From: Selaginella moellendorffii
Lineage: Eukaryota > Plantae > Lycopodiophyta
Direction of reading: 5' to 3'
DNA: 64,000 nt
NCBI RefSeq assembly: GCF_000143415.4
Contig: NW_003314282.1
Coordinates: 1,507,374 to 1,571,373, forward strand
The position numbers and the translations under genes are program-made. Under the pieces are notes generated by a model. That model searched no databases, was not told the origin of the DNA, and saw nothing but the letters and a program-made list of their open reading frames with translations. Shown one piece after another: positions 1-10,115 of this stretch. Each line of letters opens with the position of its first letter. Position 1 is the stretch's first letter.

Positions 1-750
1 ATTCTATTATCTCAAATATTGGTAGAAAAGATGATTTTTCAGAAACTTGGTCACATGCTATTACAATACCTTTATCAATAGGAGTAGTAGTTATAAAATT
101 ATCAAGATTTACTGGAAAATCTCAAAGTTGTGCATCAAGTGGAAAATAATAAAAGGGATACAATTTATGAAGGGTTCAGAAATTTATTAGCTCAATACTC
201 TTTTAAAATTTTACAAGCAGCTGCAAATTATGCAATTATAACAAGTAAATCATATCAAATTTATTATAGCCATGATGGTTCATTTGAACGAGATAACTTT
301 ATTAACAACATAATAATCTCTTATGGATTGTAATATATTTAAAAATACTCTATATAGTGGTTCTAAATATACCTCATCATACTTTATTAACAAATGAATA
401 CTTATCATCCCCAAATTCAAAAGTTTTCTTATTTTTACATTTAAATTGCAATTTAATTTTATATAAAGGAGAATATAAACTATGGCAAACTTTCACTATA
501 AAAAAAGTTATTACATCATGTTATTTGAGATTAAAAAATGATGGTAATTTTTTATTGTATTCAGAAAAAAATACAGTTGAATGGTCAATAAATATATATT
601 GTACACCACAACCAAATTGTATTACACCAACTTTTCTTAGTTTGCAAAATAATTGTAAATTAGTATTATATTCCTCAATATCACCAAATGTTGAGGAATG
701 GACACAATTGTCCAAATGGACAATTGTGGGAAACAAATACTTAATGCTAA
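1..750 (+). pseudogene. Frameshifted, 5'-truncated paralog of the N-terminal-domain + GNA/bulb-type lectin gene at 5067-5939
   Basis: Aligns to 5197-5939 at an offset of ~5196. Small deletions near 145, 312 and 366 and an insertion near 692-725 break the frame. The QNDGNLVLY site reads KNDGNFLLY. Confidence 0.85.
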
Positions 751-1769
751 AAATATGTATAAATAATTTTAATTAAAGCTATTTAAATTATATGTGTTTT
801 GGGAAAGATAAGAAATAAATAAATAGTAATAAACATTAAACTTTATTTTTTTTCTAAATATGTTTTATTTTACTTAAAAAAACCTATAAGGGGACTGAGG
901 TGGTAGTGGATATACTAGACTATACTTGAATATTCTAGGATATTCTATCATTTAATGGTTTCTATTTAAACATGTTTATAATTTATTCATTTTCATAAAC
1001 ACTTCCTAGTATATTTTAGTTTATTCTATCATCTATTACAATTGGATTAATCTTATATTTATAAATTATTAACATGTTTATATTTATTAGTCAATTGGAT
1101 GAATAAATAATACTAAATAGAAATAATACCACTACTAAGAAAGCCATTTGTTGTTGCATGCATCATACAGTCATAATACTATTTTATACTAATTGATAAG
1201 ACAATTATAAAATTTATTTTATTAAAAATTGTTATCTTAGTAGTTATCTATATAATATGTATTAAAATGTTCTTAGTTTAGTGAAAGCAACTTTATTACT
1301 GTCATTCATTATATATAAATTTTATTTTAAATTTAATCTTGGAAAATAAAAATAAAACAAATGCAGACAGCATTTTCTAGCTAACTTTGTATTAAATGTA
1401 TTTTATTATTAAAATATTAAATAAATTATAACTTTATCTAGCTTTTTTTCTTTATTTTTATTTTCTTTATATGATTAAAAATGATATAATATTGTATAAA
1501 AGTATTTAAAATGAACTTTATATTTGTTTTTTACATTAAAATTTTAATTTAAAGTTCTAAACCCTTATTAAGAATCTTTATATCTTGATTTAAAAAAAAA
1601 ATGTTTTAGGGGGAGGTACACCTCCCAAAGGTACCTAGGATGGGCAGCAATTCAATTATTTTGCAAGATAAAACATATATGTGTTTGTGTGAATCACAAT
1701 CCTTATATTTGCATACAACCACATATGAAAATTCACATCTGCTTATTTCCAATATTACACGTCCTCCAT

Positions 1770-2110
1770 TGATCTTCTCCCTAGTGGTACTGCAGCAGCT
1801 GGATTGGAGCAGCCCCAGCCCAACACCCAGCCTCCCAGACTCACTCCAGATCTTTGAAAATTCCCTCTCTGGTGAGATCTCAGCCAGCATCGGCAATCTC
1901 TCCAACCTCACTGACCTCAATGTGCACTGCTCAGTTACAACACTGCAGCAGTGTGGCAATCTCATGCAGCTCGACGTCACTGGCAACCGATCCTGGATAT
2001 CAGCACAAACTTCTTTGTGGGATCCCTCCCGGATGAGTTGTGGCATGTATGCGATCGGTTTGTGTCTCCACCGCCAGAAAATCTCGAGGAGCCATAAAAA
2101 CCGTAGAAAT
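1770..2110 (+). pseudogene. Plant extracellular LRR (RLK/RLP-type) remnant, copy 1
   Basis: Translates to LQQLDWS...ENSLSGEISASIGNLSNLTDLNV...NLMQLDVTGN, which fits the LxxLxLxxNxLSGxIPxxxGxL consensus. No intact gene context. Confidence 0.7.
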
Positions 2111-2539
2111 GTACCCACAACAAGATTTTAAAATGCTTTATGCTTTCTTGTACATACCAAGCTCCATGAGTTGTAAATTGGAATCAAATCACTCAAAAAA
2201 AAGGAGATGACATAATTGCACACTTTTGTTTGTGCAATGACATGTCCCTGCAGTGATGTCAATATTATAATGCACACAATCATGTTTCAATTGTTATTAT
2301 AAGCAATCATATTCATACTAATTTTGTGTGCAATTGAAAGCAAATAAAATATCTGAACATGAGTAAATAAAAGATGCACCTTTGATCACATTGCCATACC
2401 TTTTTACTTTTAATAATGCTTCTTTTCTATTTCAGTTTATTGAGCTAAATTAGAGGATCAGGGCAGATGCTCTTGACATTCTGCCCAAGATATTTTACAA
2501 GGTTGTTATATTGGAAATTATATGACTTAAATCCCAATC

Positions 2540-2830
2540 CTTGAAGTTGAAATTCTCAGAAAAACTCTCTACCAAGCAGGAAATCCCAGAATTAAAAGAG
2601 TTCTACCTGAGTGTCAGGCCAACATGTTTATTAGCTTGTTGCTGTTGCTGATGCCCCAAAGGATTAGAACACGTTCCTGAATGGGACTGCCTCCTGGAAC
2701 TCCACAAATAACGATTGATCGATCGCCAGGCATGAAGAGCAATGCGAGAAAACATGCGAGGTTTGAAGAACAAGCTTGAAGCTCCAAATCCTTGTCATTG
2801 TTTAGCTTTCGTTTATGCACACCACTCTTG
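2540..2830 (-). pseudogene. XTH exon-1/intron-1 remnant, copy 1
   Basis: Matches 60560-60920 (gttgaaattctcagaaaaactctct, ttctacctgagtgtc, cctcctggaactccac) with deletions. Confidence 0.8.
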
Positions 2831-2984
2831 TTTTAAGTCTAACATTGTTTTATATGCAAAAGTTGTATTTGGTAACTAGATTTTGCTTGTCTTGTTAGCA
2901 CCGAGTAGTTCACCCACATGATTGTGACAAGAACTTATGGCCATATGTTGAGAAAATGCCTGGATTAGGCAAATCCTGGCAAAG

Positions 2985-3285
2985 TTTGGGCATAGTTGGG
3001 AAGCTCTCCAAGGATGTGTCTTGAGAGAGCCCAGCCGGATAGCTTTACTTTCTCGAGCGTTCTCGAGGCATGCTCGGAGCTGCGAGACTTGGAGAGTGGC
3101 AAGTCTATCCATGCTCGAGTTGCTTCCACTGGGATGGTCGAGCTCGTTGGAACGTCTCTGGTGGATCTCTACGCCAAGTGTGGGGAGCTCGAGCCTGCTA
3201 GATCCATCTTCGATGCAATACAGAGGAGGAACAACCACGATGCTGGGTATAACACACAAGCGCTCGAGCTGTACGAGCTCTGGTG
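2985..3285 (+). pseudogene. PPR pseudogene fragment (copy of 9025-9375)
   Basis: Near-identical DNA (QPDSFTFSSVLEACSELRDLESGKSIH) with internal deletions. Confidence 0.9.
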
Positions 3286-3639
3286 CGATCGATGGCGCGA
3301 TGACGCTCTGCTGTGGCGCTTGCTGATCGGTGGCTGGAATGTGCATTCCCGATCGCATCGCGCTCGTCCTCTGGATTCTTTCTGCCGCTAATCGATTTTG
3401 GTACTATATGGATGCGACCCGACCAGTAAAGTTCCTCATTCCCTCAATCTCTCTAGAATTACATGGAGTTTGTTCTTGTGAGAGATAATCCTGTGATCGC
3501 ATGTCCAGTCAGAGCTCGACTTTGTGGCGAAGTTACGAAGCCTTTTAGTCGCCTGATTTCAATATCGACTTCGGTTGTAGGTACTATTTAATCGCTCGAT
3601 GTTAGTTGGCATTTCTCTAACACCTGGTCTTCCTGGCAG

Positions 3640-3830
3640 TTGGATCTATACAAAATGTAGCAAATGGTGAAGAGCGCAAGAAAGAAGTCATACACTTTTG
3701 CAGTCGGGAAGCCAAATCCTAAACTTTCCTGAGGTGTGTCTAGATACCAGTCAAGTTTTACCCTCTTTGAGTAGTGTGATGTGTTTGTTTTTGTAGCATG
3801 TCCACCAACGGCGTTGAAGGAGTTCTTTCA
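3640..3830 (+). pseudogene. Diphthamide biosynthesis protein 2 (DPH2)-like fragment
   Basis: Reads QMVKSARKKSYTFAVGKPNP-K...FPE, then an intron-like gt...ag, then ACPPTAL-KEFF. This resembles plant DPH2 (AGKKAYTLVMGRPNPAKLANFPE...SCAQTALLDSKEF), recalled from memory. Frameshifted. Confidence 0.5.
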
Positions 3831-4574
3831 TCTTGAAAACTGGGAACTCCAGCAGTATTGGAGGAGAAAAGACGCTCAAGTTTACTGGCTCGACTCTAAG
3901 GAGAGAAACCAGGCAACGTATGGCTAGTGAGTATGTTCAGTTGCTCTTCGATTGTTCTATTGATTCAGCTCGTGTTTCTCCATCCAGCATTTTATAGGAA
4001 TTCTATGTGTTGTTGGAAACATGCTCGCTTGCAGGCGATTGATCTCAGGTGAGTTTTTCTTCTGTTTTCTTTCTCGTTCAACTTAGTGCTGCTCGATATG
4101 CAGATAGTGAAGCGGTTTGCATCGATTAGTGATTTACATTGTCGTTGCAGTGGTGGGAGACGAGCAAACCTGGCGGGAATGGTGGCCACTTTGAAAACTT
4201 GGATGCATGCCGATGATCCACTTTTCTCCTTGATGATTTGCTACTTGATCAGGTTCGTGTGACTGCTGAGCTCTGGTTTGTTTCTCAGTGTACACACGTA
4301 CTTGGAAGGAGTTTTGACAACGCCTTGACAAGTGATTTGCTCCAAGCAGCTCAATGCCATCTCCTCCGACATGGTGTTCCGACGCAGCTGCATTTTGGTG
4401 TGATAGTCATAGTCATAGTCATAAGCAACAGTGATAGCCTCACAGCCCCAGCCCAGCACCGCCCGCCCACCCGCCCACTGCCCGCAGCGCCGCTGCCACC
4501 ACCGCCATCGAATTTGGAACTTCAATTGTAATCTAATTTTAACTCCCACGAGACAGCAGCGGTCTTTTGGAAAA

Positions 4575-4800
4575 GGATTCAATCTCCTCGGACGCGATTG
4601 CGGCTCATTTTCCTTGAAGGGTATAGCTCCCAGCTTTGACACCATCCCTCACGCATGCAGCCAGTGGAGGGCTGCTCATACCTGGCTACGAGTTCTTGGT
4701 GTCGATGAGTGGCGACTACGGGATCTTTCCAGACGCCAACGCTATGCGTTTTGAGCCGCAAGCTCTTGCTTGGACGACGTTACTCTGGCTGGACTGATTA
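4575..4800 (+). pseudogene. PPR pseudogene fragment (deleted copy of 9585-9995, S/E region)
   Basis: Shared strings ggattcaatctcct, accatccctcacgcatgcagcca and tttgagccgcaagctcttgcttggacgacg, with many deletions. Confidence 0.85.
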
Positions 4801-5066
4801 TTGCTGTGTGACACCGTAATGCTATGCCCCTCTCCCTTCGGGTGCCACGTGGATTAAATTCGTGCCGTACGTCGTCCAGACCAACGTGTACGGGAAAGGA
4901 GGCTTGGAGGTTTGTCTCTTCACTTAATCCAGAAGAAACATAAAGACCAAGGAGACTATGGAAGACTATCGTGGCAAACCATTTCGGCTTTATTGCAATA
5001 ACACAATGACATAATCTCTTTAGGGTTAGAGATGTTTCTAATTAACTTTTAATTGTGGACTTTATA

Positions 5067-5939
5067 ATGGTGAGGCACCTTATTTATATGTTAATTTCTT
5101 TGGTAGTTCCTTTGGAAATCCAAGGTACCTTACTCGAATTTGGATTTGAAGGAAGCACAAGTGGTATTGATATGCAAACAATAATAAATGCTATAGATTC
5201 TATTATCTCAAATATTGGTAGAAAAGATGATTTTTCAGAAACTTGGTCACATGCTATTACAATACCTTTATCAATAGGAGTAGTAGTTATAAAATTATCA
5301 AGATTTACTGGAAAATCTCAAAGTTGTGCATCAAGTGGAAGTACAAATAAAATAATAAAAGGGCATACAATTTATGAAGGGTTCAGAAATTTATTAGCTC
5401 AATACTCTTTTAAAATTTTACAAGCAGCTGCAAATTATGCAATTATAACAAGTAAATCATATCAAATTTATTATAGCCGTGATGGTTCATCTGAGCGAGA
5501 TAACATTATTAACAACATATTAACTTTCCAATCTCTTATGGATTGTAATATATTTAAAAGTACTCTATATAGTGGTTCTAAAAATAAACCTCATCATACT
5601 TTATTAACAAATGAATACTTATCATCCCCAAATTCAAAAATATTCTTATTTTTACATTTAAATTGCAATTTAATTTTATATAAAGGAGAATATAAACTAT
5701 GGCAAACTTTCACTATTAAAAAAGTTATTACATCATGTTATTTGAGATTACAAAATGATGGTAATTTGGTATTGTATTCAGAAAAAAATATAGTTGAATG
5801 GTCAATAAATATATATTGTACACCACAACCAAATTGTATTACACCAACTTTTCTTAGTTTGCAAAATAATTGTAAATTAGTATTATATTCCTCAATATCA
5901 CCAAATGTAAAATTATGGGAAACAAACACTCAATGCTAA
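5067..5939 (+). CDS. Putative secreted protein: signal peptide, ~140-aa unassigned domain and C-terminal GNA/bulb-type (B-) lectin domain
   Basis: Intronless ORF with ATG at 5067. Hydrophobic N-terminus MVRHLIYMLISLVVPLEIQG. Three beta-prism II repeats HLNCNLILY / QNDGNLVLY / QNNCKLVLY, each followed by W[QSE][TI]. One canonical QxDxNxVxY mannose site. Confidence 0.75.
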   Translation: MVRHLIYMLISLVVPLEIQGTLLEFGFEGSTSGIDMQTIINAIDSIISNIGRKDDFSETWSHAITIPLSIGVVVIKLSRFTGKSQSCASSGSTNKIIKGHTIYEGFRNLLAQYSFKILQAAANYAIITSKSYQIYYSRDGSSERDNIINNILTFQSLMDCNIFKSTLYSGSKNKPHHTLLTNEYLSSPNSKIFLFLHLNCNLILYKGEYKLWQTFTIKKVITSCYLRLQNDGNLVLYSEKNIVEWSINIYCTPQPNCITPTFLSLQNNCKLVLYSSISPNVKLWETNTQC

Positions 5940-6614
5940 AAATATGCATAAATGATTTTAATTAAACCTATCTAAATTATATGTGTTTTGAGAAAGATAA
6001 GAAATAAATAATAATAATATAAATATAAATTTTTAATNNNNNNNNNNNNNNNNNNNNNNNNNNNNNNNNNNNNNNNNNNNNNNNNNNNNNNNNNNNNNNN
6101 NNNNNNNNNNNNNNNNNNNNNNNNNNNNNNNNNNNNNATGTACTTATTTTGGTGTAAACACTTTATTACTGTCATTGAATATATATAATTGTTTTTGAAA
6201 TTCAATTTTGAAATTAAAATTAAACAAATATAGACAGCATTTGCCAGCTAACTCTGTATTATATTTAATTTTTTATTAAAATATAAAATTAAGTATAAAT
6301 TTTCTTTAATTTATTTTTCTTTACATGATTAAAAATTTAATAAAATTGAAAAGAATTATTTAAAGTTAAATTTTTATTTTTTATAATATAAAAAATTAAT
6401 TTAAAGTTCTAAACCTTTATTAAGATATCTTTGTGTCTTGATTTCAAAAAAAAATGTTTTAGGGGGAGGTACAGCTCCGAAAGGTGTACCTAGGATGGGC
6501 GGCAATTTAATTATATTGCAAGATAAAACATACGTGTTTAAATTGTTTCATTTGTGTGACTTATATTTGCATACAACCACATATGAATTCTTCATGCAAA
6601 TTCACATCCACTTC

Positions 6615-7060
6615 TTTGATGTAGAGGAACTCAATCTTGCCTTGAATTCTCCCACTAGGAGGATTGATATTCGCACACTGTTGGATGGGCAGCTTTGGAA
6701 ACTTGGCCTCTGCAAATTTCTTCTTAAGTCTTGTGGTATTGCAACAGCTGGATTTGAGCAGCCCCAGCCCAACACCCAGCCTCCCATGCTCACTCCAGAT
6801 CTTTGAAGATTCCCTCTCTGGTGAGATCCAAGCCAGCGTCAGCAATATCTCCAACCTCACTGACCTCAATGAGCACTGCTCAGTTCCAACGCTGCAGCAG
6901 TCTGGCAATCTCATGCAGCTCAACATCACTGGCAACTGATCCTGGATATCAGCACAAATTTCCTTGTGGGATCCATCCCAGACGAGTTGTGGCATGTACA
7001 TGATTGGTTTGTATCTCCACCACCACAAAATCTCAAGGAGCCATAAAAACCATAGAAATG
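6615..7060 (+). pseudogene. Plant extracellular LRR remnant, copy 2
   Basis: VEELNLALNS...LQQLDLSS...EDSLSGEIQASVSNISNLTDLN...LMQLNITGN*, with stops and frameshifts. Confidence 0.7.
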
Positions 7061-7409
7061 TCACTCACTGATCACCACAACAAGATCTTACAATGCTTTA
7101 TGCTTTCTTGTACATGAATCAAATCTAATTGCACACTTTGAATAAAGTGTTTGTGCAGATGGCATGCCCCTGCAGTGATGTCAATATTATAATGCACACA
7201 ATCATATTTCAATTGGTAATAATAAGCAATCGTATTCATAATAATTTTGTGTGCAATTGAAAACAAATAAAATATTTGAACATGAGTAAATAAAAGATGC
7301 ACTTATGATCATACCTTGCCTTTTGCCTTTCTTTTTCCTTTTAATAATGTCTATTTCAGTTCAATTTATTGAGTTTAATATTTATTTTAAAGAATTAAGT
7401 TAGAGGAAA

Positions 7410-7770
7410 TCTCACCTGAGTGTTTATTAGCTCGTTGCCGTTGCTAATGCCCCGAACACGTCCCCGAATGGGACTGCCTCCTGGAACTCCACAAACAACG
7501 ATTGATCGATCGCCGGAGCGTTGGTAGGATTTTTGGATCTCGATCCCAGTCGCAGGCGTGAAGAGCAATGGGAGGATTGAAGAACAAGCTTGGAGCTCCA
7601 AATCCTTATCATTGTTTAGCTTTGGTTTGCGCGCACCACTCCCGTTTTTAAGGGGGCGTCCACACAGTAAACGAGAAACGAAGAGGAATTTCCAAGGAGT
7701 ATGCTTGAAAATATAATTATAAAGGCGCTTCCCTAGTGGCAACACCAACGATCTCGTGGAGAGCTTTGCA
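7410..7770 (-). pseudogene. Collapsed remnant of the XTH exon 1, its upstream region and the neighbouring PPR
   Basis: 7412-7665 matches 60620-60940 ([15 protein letters not shown]). 7690-7768 contains short blocks matching ~61047, ~61345 and 62921-62980. Confidence 0.75.
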
Positions 7771-7802
7771 AAATATTTTGCTAAGCCAAGAAAGCATGAT
7801 TG

Positions 7803-10115
7803 ATGAGTGCGGTTCTTGGACAGCACCGTCAATGCCGAGCCTCGCCGGACGACATCTCTCCGGCTGCTCCTCACAGAACGCGAGCCTCGATCCAGGCACT
7901 CGCGGCGCTGCTGCGGCAATGCAGGGATCTGCGCGAGGGCATCACGATCCACGCGCGGCTGCGAGACTCTGGTCAGGATTCGGGCACGCTGCTCGGGAAT
8001 CTCCTCTTGCAGATGTATGGCAGGTGCCGGAGCGCGCCGCTGGCCCGCGCTGCCTTTGATCACATCGCCGCCAAGAACATTTATAGCTGGACGATGATGA
8101 TCTCGGCATATGCCCAGAATGGGCATCCTTGGGAGGCTCTCCAGATCTTCCATGCAATGGATCTGGAGGGGGTCTTGCCGGATGAGTTCGTCTTCTCGGC
8201 GGTTCTTGGTGCGTGCTGCAAGGCGGGCGCTCTTGGACAGGGGCGAGCGATTCACCAGCGCATCTCTAGGCTGGGATTACATTGCGATGTGGTGATCCAG
8301 AACTCGCTAGTGATCATGTACGCGAAATCTGGAAGTTTGGGCGAAGCTTGTCAGGTATTTGATTCCATGGCCGTGAAAGATGTAATCTCGTGGAACTCAA
8401 TGCTAGCAGCATTTGCCAAGAGAGGGCATTATGAAACTGGGCTTGAGCTCTTTGGGAAGATCGACGTCGAGCCTGACCTCGCCACCTTTGTGATTGTTTT
8501 GGGATTGTGCTGTTCTCCTTTTGGCGATAGTGGGTTTTTTCTTGTACAAGGCCGACTTATACATCAGCAAATCGTTTCCCGGCAGCTCGAATCCGACTTG
8601 GTTCTCCAAAACGCTCTGCTAAACATGTATGCGAAGAGAGGCAGCATTACGGAAGCTAGAGATGTTTTCAACAGGATGAGCAGAAGAGATCACGTCAGCT
8701 GGAACGCTATGATTGCAGCAAATGCCCACACTGGTGATTTTCTCGAAGCTTTTAAGCTCCTGAGGAGGATGGAACTCGATGGAGTCAAGCCTGATGATTT
8801 TACATTTTCCACCATTCTCCTCGCTTGTGCGAGCTCCTCTGGCATCCGGTTTGGGAAGGAGATTCTTTCGCGAGCGCTCCAGTGTGGTACAAGCGACCAA
8901 GTCGTGCAAACAGCGGCACTTAACATGTATGCGAAAGGTGGCAGCCTTGAAGAAGCTAGAGCTTTGTTTGAGGAGATGGAGCACCGGGATACAGTGTCTT
9001 GGAGTGCCATGATTTCGGCCCATGCCCAGTTTGGGCATAGCCGGGAAGCTCTCCAGCTCTACAGGAATATGTGCCTTGAGGGAGCCCAGCCGGATAGCTT
9101 CACTTTCTCGAGCGTTATCGAGGCATGCTCGGAGCTGCGAGACTTGGAGAGTGGCAAGTCTATCCACGCTCGAGTTGCTTCCACTGGGATGGTCGAGCGT
9201 GATCTCGTCGTTGGGACATCTCTGGTGGATCTCTACGCCAAGTGTGGGGAGCTCGAGCCTGCTAAATCCATCTTCGATGCAATGCAAAGGAGGAACACGG
9301 TTACATGGAACGCGATGCTCGCCGGGTATGCCCAACACGGGTATAACACACAAGCGCTCGAGCTGTACGAGCTTCTTCTTTCGAAAGGCACTGAAAAGCC
9401 GGATAGCTACACTTGCGCTACTATTCTAAGCGTTTGTGCCAACATGGTTTCAGTGAAAGATGGCAGGGAGATCCACGCCCAGCTCGCTGACCAAGATTTC
9501 GTGGTGGCCACCGCGCTCATGGACATGTATGCCAAGTGCGGGAGCTTCAACGAGGCAGCAGCGGTGTTTTGGAAGCTCAAGCACAAGGATTCAATCTCCT
9601 GGAATGCGATGCTTGCGACTTATGCACATTTCGGTCAGACCAACGAGGCGATCCATCACTTGCGGCTCATTTTCCTGGAAGGCATAGCTCCTAACGAGCT
9701 CAGCTTCAACACCATCCTTCACGCATGCAGCCACAGAGGGCTGCTCAAGCCTGGCTACGAGTTCTTCGTGTCGATGAGCGGCGACCATGGGATCTTTCCA
9801 AACGCGGACAACTTTCATTGCATGACGGATTTGTTGGCTCGCTCAGGGCAACTGAGAGAGGCTGAGGATCTCATCAACGCTATGCCTTTTGAGCCGCAAG
9901 CTCTTGCTTGGACGACGCTACTCTCGGCTTGTAGCCAGCAAAGTGATGCGAAAGGAGCTGATGATCGAGCTGCTGGACAGATTATTGATATGCGACACCA
10001 TGACGCGCACTGCTATGAATCAGCTCCTTACATTCTACTCTCCTCCACAAAGCTTTCGAATGTAGGAGAGACTACGTCTCAAGAAATAATCAGTAGCAAA
10101 GCTAAAAAGGAATAA
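7803..10115 (+). CDS. PLS-class pentatricopeptide repeat protein with (truncated) E domain, no DYW; putative organellar RNA-editing factor
   Basis: Intronless 770-aa ORF with repeated P-L-S motifs (SWNAMI...PDxFTF...NALLNMYAKxG), then LHACSHRG, DLLARSGQL, MPFEP...WTTLLSAC and PYILLS. Confidence 0.93.
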   Translation: MSAVLGQHRQCRASPDDISPAAPHRTRASIQALAALLRQCRDLREGITIHARLRDSGQDSGTLLGNLLLQMYGRCRSAPLARAAFDHIAAKNIYSWTMMISAYAQNGHPWEALQIFHAMDLEGVLPDEFVFSAVLGACCKAGALGQGRAIHQRISRLGLHCDVVIQNSLVIMYAKSGSLGEACQVFDSMAVKDVISWNSMLAAFAKRGHYETGLELFGKIDVEPDLATFVIVLGLCCSPFGDSGFFLVQGRLIHQQIVSRQLESDLVLQNALLNMYAKRGSITEARDVFNRMSRRDHVSWNAMIAANAHTGDFLEAFKLLRRMELDGVKPDDFTFSTILLACASSSGIRFGKEILSRALQCGTSDQVVQTAALNMYAKGGSLEEARALFEEMEHRDTVSWSAMISAHAQFGHSREALQLYRNMCLEGAQPDSFTFSSVIEACSELRDLESGKSIHARVASTGMVERDLVVGTSLVDLYAKCGELEPAKSIFDAMQRRNTVTWNAMLAGYAQHGYNTQALELYELLLSKGTEKPDSYTCATILSVCANMVSVKDGREIHAQLADQDFVVATALMDMYAKCGSFNEAAAVFWKLKHKDSISWNAMLATYAHFGQTNEAIHHLRLIFLEGIAPNELSFNTILHACSHRGLLKPGYEFFVSMSGDHGIFPNADNFHCMTDLLARSGQLREAEDLINAMPFEPQALAWTTLLSACSQQSDAKGADDRAAGQIIDMRHHDAHCYESAPYILLSSTKLSNVGETTSQEIISSKAKKE

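Larger units (their letters stand above)
1..9990 (+). repeat. ~5.2-kb tandem segmental duplication (copy 1 ~1-4800, copy 2 ~5197-9990) in the order lectin, AT-rich spacer, LRR remnant, XTH remnant, PPR
   Basis: Collinear matches: 1-830/5197-6035, ~1285-2450/~6155-7380, ~2600-2830/~7410-7645, ~2990-3280/~9025-9375 and ~4575-4800/~9585-9995. Confidence 0.9.

Noticed and set aside
7395-9818. Antisense and alternative-frame ORFs over the PPR gene (likewise over the CYP, XTH and second PPR)
   Set aside because: They are shadow ORFs of GC-rich coding sequence with no independent motifs.
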